The translations under genes were made by a program, and so were the position numbers. A DNA stretch of 64,000 nucleotides from the NCBI GenBank assembly GCA_032160545.1, contig JAVHVN010000010.1, positions 4,016 through 68,015 of the forward strand, given 5' to 3'. Positions 59,432-64,000 of the stretch are shown piece after piece (positions within the stretch are counted from its first letter, which is position 1; every line of letters begins with the position of its first letter). Source of the DNA: Pseudonocardiales bacterium. GTDB lineage: Bacteria; Actinomycetota; Actinomycetes; Mycobacteriales; Jatrophihabitantaceae. Below the pieces are notes generated by a model. That model was not told where the DNA came from. It saw only the letters and a list, made by a program, of their open reading frames with translations, and made no database searches.

Positions 59432-60745
59432 GTGACGGATCCGGCGACCGACGCGGCGGCGGGGCGGCGTGGTGGCCTGTGGCACCACCGCGACTTCCGC
59501 CGCCTCTGGATCGGCGAGACGGTGAGCCAGTTCGGCTCGGCGATCTCGAATCTCGCACTGCCCTTGGTGGCCATCCTCGTGTTGCACGCAACCACCTTCC
59601 AGGTGGCCTTGCTTGCGACCTTCGAATCGCTCGCGTTCCTCCTGGTCGGCCTGCCGGCGGGCGCGTGGGTCGATCGGATGCGCTACCGCTGGGTGCTGAT
59701 CAGCAACGACGTGGTGCGCTTCGCCGCGCTCGGCTCGATCCCGTCGGCCCAGGCCGCGGGGGTACTGACGATCGGCCAGATGTACGCCGTGGCGCTGATC
59801 GTCAGCGTCAGCACGGTCTTCTTCGACGTGGCCTATCAGTCCTACCTGCCCGAACTCGTCGACCGGGCGCTGCTCGTCGAGGGCAACGCCAAGCTGCAGG
59901 CGAGTGAGTCCGTGGCGCAGGTGGCGGCGCCGGCGATCGGCGGCGTGCTCATCCAGGTGCTGACCGCGCCGTACGCGGTGCTCATCGACGCGGTGAGCTT
60001 CCTGTGGTCGGCGAGCTGGGTCGGTGCTATCTCGACCCGGGTGCCCAAGCCCGCGCGCAAGCCCGATCGCCATCTCGGCCGCGAGATCGCCGAGGGGCTG
60101 CGCTTCGTCATCGGCAACCGGATGCTGCGCGCCATCTCGGTCTGCACCGGCACCGGAAACCTGTTCACGTCGATGATCTTCGCGGTCTTCTACGTGCTGC
60201 TGGCCCGCGACCTGCAGCTGTCCGCCGGCGTGATCGGGCTGGTGAGCGCGCTGCCCGCAGTCGGCGGGCTGATCGGATCGCTGACCGCCGCGCGTTTCGC
60301 GAGGCGGTTCGGGCAGGGACCGACCATCTGGATCTCGGCGTTGGTGTTCGGAGTGCCGCCGTTCGTGTTCCCGTTCCTGCACCGCGACTGGACGCTGGCG
60401 CTGATGGGATTCGGACAGATCGTGTTCTGGGCTGCCGGGGTCGTCTACAACATCACCCAGGTCAGCTTCCGCCAGGGGTTGTGCCCGCCGCACCTGCTCG
60501 GGCGGATGAACGCGACAATCCGGTTCATGGTCTGGGGCACGATGCCGCTCGGTGCGCTCCTCGGTGGCGTCCTCGGCTCCACCATCGGGGTGCGCGACAC
60601 CATGCTGGTCGCGGCGATCGGTGGCATGTTCCCGTGGCTCTCGGTCTTCCTCTCGCCGCTGCGTACCATGCGGGAACTGCCGACCTACGAGACCCATGTC
60701 CCAACTAGTGAGACAAGCGGTCCACTAGTTGAGAGCCCCTCGTGA
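59432..60745 (+). CDS. MFS transporter (EntS/MFS_3-like efflux type)
   Basis: Contains HRDFRRLWIGETVSQFGS and LPAGAWVDRMRYRWVL, with about 12 hydrophobic segments. GTG 59432 is preferred, because the track start at 59393 lies inside the operator palindrome. Confidence 0.82.
   Translation: MTDPATDAAAGRRGGLWHHRDFRRLWIGETVSQFGSAISNLALPLVAILVLHATTFQVALLATFESLAFLLVGLPAGAWVDRMRYRWVLISNDVVRFAALGSIPSAQAAGVLTIGQMYAVALIVSVSTVFFDVAYQSYLPELVDRALLVEGNAKLQASESVAQVAAPAIGGVLIQVLTAPYAVLIDAVSFLWSASWVGAISTRVPKPARKPDRHLGREIAEGLRFVIGNRMLRAISVCTGTGNLFTSMIFAVFYVLLARDLQLSAGVIGLVSALPAVGGLIGSLTAARFARRFGQGPTIWISALVFGVPPFVFPFLHRDWTLALMGFGQIVFWAAGVVYNITQVSFRQGLCPPHLLGRMNATIRFMVWGTMPLGALLGGVLGSTIGVRDTMLVAAIGGMFPWLSVFLSPLRTMRELPTYETHVPTSETSGPLVESPS
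60702..60731. promoter_or_regulatory. inverted repeat CAACTAGTG-N12-CACTAGTTG overlapping a candidate leuB promoter
   Basis: Perfect 9-bp arms, AT-richer than the surroundings, in the last codons of the MFS gene. The right arm overlaps the -35-like TTGAGA (60729-60734). The -10-like TAGGCT (60754-60759) ends 7 nt before the leuB ATG. Confidence 0.35.
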
Positions 60746-60766
60746 ACTTCGGCTAGGCTCGCGAGC

Positions 60767-61789
60767 ATGAGACTGGCGGTCATCCCGGGTGACGGAATCG
60801 GCATCGAGGTCACCGAGCAGGCGCTGCGCGTCCTGGACGCGGTCCGGCCCGGTGTCCAGACCACGCAGTACGACCTCGGCGCCACCAGATGGCACCGCAC
60901 CGGCGAGCTGCTGCCCGATTCGGTGCTCAGCGAACTGCGCGAACACGACGCGATCCTGCTCGGTGCCGTCGGCGACCCGTCCGTCCCGTCCGGCGTCCTC
61001 GAGCGCGGGCTGCTGCTGCGGCTGCGCTTCGAACTCGACCACCACGTGAACCTGCGCCCGGCGAAGCTGTACCCCGGCGTGACGACGCCACTGGCCGGCA
61101 ATCCGCCTATCGACTTCGTCGTCGTCCGCGAGGGCACCGAGGGCCCGTACGCCGGGAACGGCGGCGTGCTGCGCAAGGGTACGGCGCACGAGATCGCCAC
61201 CGAGGTCAGCGTCAACACCGCGTTCGGCGTCGAGCGGGTGGTGCGCGACGCGTTCGCCCGGGCGCAGGCGCGGCCGCGCAGGCACCTCACCCTGGTGCAC
61301 AAGAACAACGTGCTGACCAACGCCGGCGACCTGTGGTTCCGCACCGTCGAGGCGGTCGGCGCCGACTTCCCCGACGTCGCGGTCGCGTACAACCACGTCG
61401 ACGCGGCCACGATCTACTTCGTCACCGATCCGGGCCGTTACGACGTGATCGTCACCGACAACCTCTTCGGCGACATCCTCACCGACCTGGCTGCCGCGAT
61501 CGCGGGTGGCATCGGCCTCGCCGCCAGCGGCAACCTCGACCCCAGCCGCGCCAACCCGTCGATGTTCGAGCCGGTGCACGGTTCGGCACCCGATATCGCC
61601 GGCCAGGGCAAGGCCGACCCGACGGCCGCCGTGCTCTCGGTCTCCATGCTGCTCGCGCACCTCGGTGACTCCGCGGCCGCCGCGCGCGTCGAGGCGGCCG
61701 TGGCCGGTGACCTTGCCTCGCGGGACCCGAAGCAGCCTGGTAGCACCGCCGACATCGGCGAGCGATTGGCCAAGGCCGTCTCGGGCTGA
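60767..61789 (+). CDS. leuB: 3-isopropylmalate dehydrogenase
   Basis: Contains [40 protein letters not shown] and [18 protein letters not shown]. Confidence 0.96.
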   Translation: MRLAVIPGDGIGIEVTEQALRVLDAVRPGVQTTQYDLGATRWHRTGELLPDSVLSELREHDAILLGAVGDPSVPSGVLERGLLLRLRFELDHHVNLRPAKLYPGVTTPLAGNPPIDFVVVREGTEGPYAGNGGVLRKGTAHEIATEVSVNTAFGVERVVRDAFARAQARPRRHLTLVHKNNVLTNAGDLWFRTVEAVGADFPDVAVAYNHVDAATIYFVTDPGRYDVIVTDNLFGDILTDLAAAIAGGIGLAASGNLDPSRANPSMFEPVHGSAPDIAGQGKADPTAAVLSVSMLLAHLGDSAAAARVEAAVAGDLASRDPKQPGSTADIGERLAKAVSG

Positions 61790-61803
61790 GCGGCGATTCG
61801 ATT

Positions 61804-61840
61804 CTCGGGGGTGCTGCGGTTGCTGCGCAGCACCCCCGAG
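61804..61840. terminator. 15-bp perfect GC-rich hairpin between convergent leuB and the RCC1/ricin gene
   Basis: CTCGGGGGTGCTGCG-gttgct-gCGCAGCACCCCCGAG read directly, 15 nt after the leuB stop. Confidence 0.6.
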
Positions 61841-61875
61841 AGCTCGTGGTGAGGGTTGCCGACTCAGGTGACGGG

Positions 61876-63366
61876 TCAGATTCCGCTCCAGGCGGGGTTG
61901 ACCGCCCACTGCTGGGTGACGGTGCCGGTGGAGTCTCGGACGACCAGCCCTGCGCCGACGGTGGTGGATCCATCGGCGGTGTCGATGCTGCGAAGTGCGG
62001 CGCGGTTGGTGACCACGACTGCTCCGTTGCCCAGCTGGATCTTGAACCAGGTCTGGTTGGCGGCACCGGTGCAGGGGGCGAGGGTGACGCTGGCGCCGTT
62101 GCCGACTCCGCTGGCTGTGAGGCAGCTGTTGTAGAGCCAGCTGTAGACCCGGAAGTCGCCGTTCGTGCGGTCGGTGATGCGGGGGAAGAACTGCTGCTGG
62201 GCCCAGGTCGGGTCGCCCGGGTCGGCGGAGCACGGGTACGTGGTCAGCGGTCGTGCGGGCGTCCAGGCGGTGGCGCACTCGCGCGCGCCGTTGATCGAGA
62301 CCGTCATCCCACTGCTGCCGCTCGGTGTGTAACCGAGGATCTCACCGAAGAAGCTGCCGCTGTTTGCGGCGAGCCCGATGACGCGCATGTTGCCGGGCGT
62401 GGGCGGGCTTTGCCGATATCCCTCGTAGCCCCACTGGATGACGGTGCCATCGGATCGTAGCGCCGCCACACCAGGGCCGTTGGTGGAGCTGCCGGAGAGG
62501 GCGACGATCCCGGTCCTCGCGGCGACCGGAACAGACACCAACCCTCGCAAGTCCCAGTAGATGACCGTTCCGTCGTCGCGAAGCGCGGCATATATGTGAC
62601 GGCCGGCTGCCACTGATACGACGTGTGACCGGGTCTCTGGTGGGGGGAAGATCGCCCCCCCGTCTGGTCCGTCTCCCCAGCCGGTCACGGCACCGTTGGC
62701 GACGGCGAGGCTGACACCGTCGCCGGCCGCGATCGCGGAGACATGGGTAGACCCTCCTGGCCTGAATTGCGGGGGAACCCTCCTTTCCCAGTTACTATCG
62801 TCGCCCCAGGCCAGGACGTATCCGTCCTTGGTGAGCGCCAGGGCGTGTGTCCGGCCCACGGCTATCGACGCGATGTAGCCGTTGAGCTGCGCCTCGTGCG
62901 GGACGTTCAGCACCCCGTAGCTTTCGGGATCGTTCCCCCACGCGCTGACTTCACCGTCCTGCAGTGCCACCGCGAACGACTCACCGACCCCCACCGCCGT
63001 GACTGGGGAGCTGTCAACGAGGTGCGTAGGGACTGCTTTGATCGAGTCTCCCGAGGCGATCACCGAACCGTTCCTGATTCCCACGGTGCCGGCGTCTCCG
63101 GTGGCCAGGGCTGACACGCCGTAGCTCCAACCCGACGGCAGGGCTACCGCCGTGTTTTGGAGGTCCCAGACCGCGGCGGGGCCGTTGACGCCGGGGTCCG
63201 ACACCCCGGGAGTGGCGGCCGAGGCCGGCCCGGCCAGCAGCACCGCGCCCAGGGCGCAGGCCGCCGCGGCGGCCGTGGCAACCGATCTGCGCAGCCAGTC
63301 GGATCTCCTCCCCGCTCGCGGTCTGTTCCCCGTCGTCTGCGCTCTCGTCGTGGTCAGGTCGGGCAT
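61876..63366 (-). CDS. secreted RCC1-repeat beta-propeller protein with C-terminal ricin-type beta-trefoil lectin domain
   Basis: Signal peptide with an RR-containing n-region. Repeated motifs of the G-x-AL-x-DG-V-x-WG type (AVALQDGEVSAWG, ALALTKDGYVLAWG, AALRSDGTVIQWG). The C-terminal trefoil has QTW and QQW. G+C is lower than the flanks. Confidence 0.78.
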   Translation of the reverse strand: MPDLTTTRAQTTGNRPRAGRRSDWLRRSVATAAAAACALGAVLLAGPASAATPGVSDPGVNGPAAVWDLQNTAVALPSGWSYGVSALATGDAGTVGIRNGSVIASGDSIKAVPTHLVDSSPVTAVGVGESFAVALQDGEVSAWGNDPESYGVLNVPHEAQLNGYIASIAVGRTHALALTKDGYVLAWGDDSNWERRVPPQFRPGGSTHVSAIAAGDGVSLAVANGAVTGWGDGPDGGAIFPPPETRSHVVSVAAGRHIYAALRDDGTVIYWDLRGLVSVPVAARTGIVALSGSSTNGPGVAALRSDGTVIQWGYEGYRQSPPTPGNMRVIGLAANSGSFFGEILGYTPSGSSGMTVSINGARECATAWTPARPLTTYPCSADPGDPTWAQQQFFPRITDRTNGDFRVYSWLYNSCLTASGVGNGASVTLAPCTGAANQTWFKIQLGNGAVVVTNRAALRSIDTADGSTTVGAGLVVRDSTGTVTQQWAVNPAWSGI

Positions 63367-63619
63367 TCGCTGACTCCAGTCTCGGATCGGCGCGCCGAGG
63401 TGCGCACCTACGGGGGTGACGTCGATGCGCGGCGCGCGATGACTCGATGAACGTCGCCGAACCGGACTCTGGGTTCAGAACCACGCCCAAGGCGGGCATA
63501 TGGGGCGCCCAGTCGCCAGATAGAGGAGTAAAGCGTCAGTCGCCTGCGTATCGGTCCCTAACGGGCACCGACCGGCGAGGATCTGGAGCGTGCCCGCCGA
63601 CATGTGGCACACTCGGTCC

Positions 63620-63649
63620 GTGCACGTCAGCTCGATCATTATCAGTTAG
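63620..63649 (+). CDS. putative cimA leader peptide ...HVSSIIIS (three consecutive Ile codons)
   Basis: GTG 63620 (in-frame ATG 63602 would give MWHTRSVHVSSIIIS). ATC ATT ATC at 63635-63643, TAG at 63647-63649. Two hairpins follow directly, the second with a U-tract. Confidence 0.55.
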   Translation: MHVSSIIIS

Positions 63650-63680
63650 CGCGTCGGTACGAACCATCCACCGACGCGCA

Positions 63681-63712
63681 GACCCTCCGCATCCGCGGGG
63701 GGTCTTTTTGTT
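63681..63712 (+). terminator. intrinsic terminator (attenuator) in the cimA leader
   Basis: GACCCTCCGC-ATCC-GCGGGGGGTC forms a 10 bp stem with one G-U pair, followed by TTTTTGTT. It lies 40 nt before the cimA ATG. A perfect 10-bp hairpin GCGCGTCGGT/ACCGACGCGC (63649-63679) precedes it. Confidence 0.8.
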
Positions 63713-63751
63713 GCGGCCGAACACCACCGCCCGCTCACGAGGACAGCCACG

Positions 63752-64000
63752 ATGCAGACCGACGCCTTCCACGTCTTCGACACCACGCTGCGCGACGGAG
63801 CCCAGCGCGAGGGCATCACGTACTCCGTCACCGACAAGCTCGCCGTCGCCAGGCTGCTCGACCAGCTCGGAGTGGGGTTCATCGAGGGCGGCTGGCCCGG
63901 GGCGATGCCGAAGGACACCGAGTTCTTCGCGCGAGCGGCCGACGGCGAACTGGCGCTCAAGCACGCCGTGCTCGTCGCGTTCGGCGCCACGCGCAAGGCC
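63752..64000 (+). CDS. cimA: (R)-citramalate synthase (LeuA/HMGL-like family), N-terminal part (3' end outside window)
   Basis: MQTDAFHVFDTTLRDGAQREGITYSVTDKLAVARLLDQLGVGFIEGGWPGAMPKDTEFF. The GGWPGA-P-D-EFF block is typical of CimA rather than LeuA. The frame is open to the window end and is not in the ORF track because no stop is reached. Confidence 0.85.
   Translation, partial: MQTDAFHVFDTTLRDGAQREGITYSVTDKLAVARLLDQLGVGFIEGGWPGAMPKDTEFFARAADGELALKHAVLVAFGATRKA

Overview
High-G+C actinobacterial chromosomal segment, densely coding on both strands. I can support about 55 protein genes. I recognise no rRNA, tRNA, CRISPR array, transposase or integrase. All calls come from reading the ORF translations and the DNA by eye; no searches were run.

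Left to right:
1. Tail of an HIBADH-type dehydrogenase, NAD kinase, a hypothetical gene, a sugar-porter MFS and a stand-alone CBM48 protein.
2. A complete stressosome-type partner-switching cluster: STAS antagonist, RsbR, RsbS, RsbT, an HATPase-PP2C fusion and a REC-GAF-PP2C protein. No sigma or anti-sigma gene lies in cis.
3. An LLM/F420-type oxidoreductase, a DJ-1/PfpI protein, etfBA and an MFS transporter.
4. The conserved actinobacterial block iscS-mnmA-MetE-like-ligA, an ACT-domain gene, and gatCAB.
5. A visibly lower-G+C islet encoding a secreted sedolisin(S53)-like protein with a ricin lectin tail, followed by a YihY/BrkB membrane protein.
6. A roughly 23 kb cobalamin supercluster: cobD-cobQ, cobN, cobG-cobH-cobIJ, cobK, cbiD, cobM-cobL, and chlID-cobO-cobB-cobC-bluB/cobT-cobU-cobS. 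I find one cobalamin riboswitch, in front of chlID.
7. A lipoprotein sugar dehydrogenase, a 2-hydroxyacid dehydrogenase and a PH-domain membrane protein.
8. Branched-chain amino-acid genes ilvD, ilvB-[racemase-family gene]-ilvN-ilvC, leuB and the start of cimA. Interleaved with them are a CAP-domain secreted protein, an ArsR-MFS pair and a secreted RCC1-repeat/ricin-lectin protein.

Most notable observations:
- An Asp/Glu-racemase-family gene is translationally wedged between ilvB and ilvN.
- A leader peptide with three consecutive Ile codons plus an intrinsic terminator sits upstream of cimA, and a Leu-Val-Leu-Ile leader attenuator sits upstream of ilvB.
- A family of three-tier nested palindromic elements is present; one copy is read through in frame inside the ChlI-ChlD linker.
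- A MIRU-like 31-bp tandem repeat at the gatC-gatA junction preserves a relay of stop/start-coupled mini-ORFs.

I did not find an obvious defence island or mobile element.
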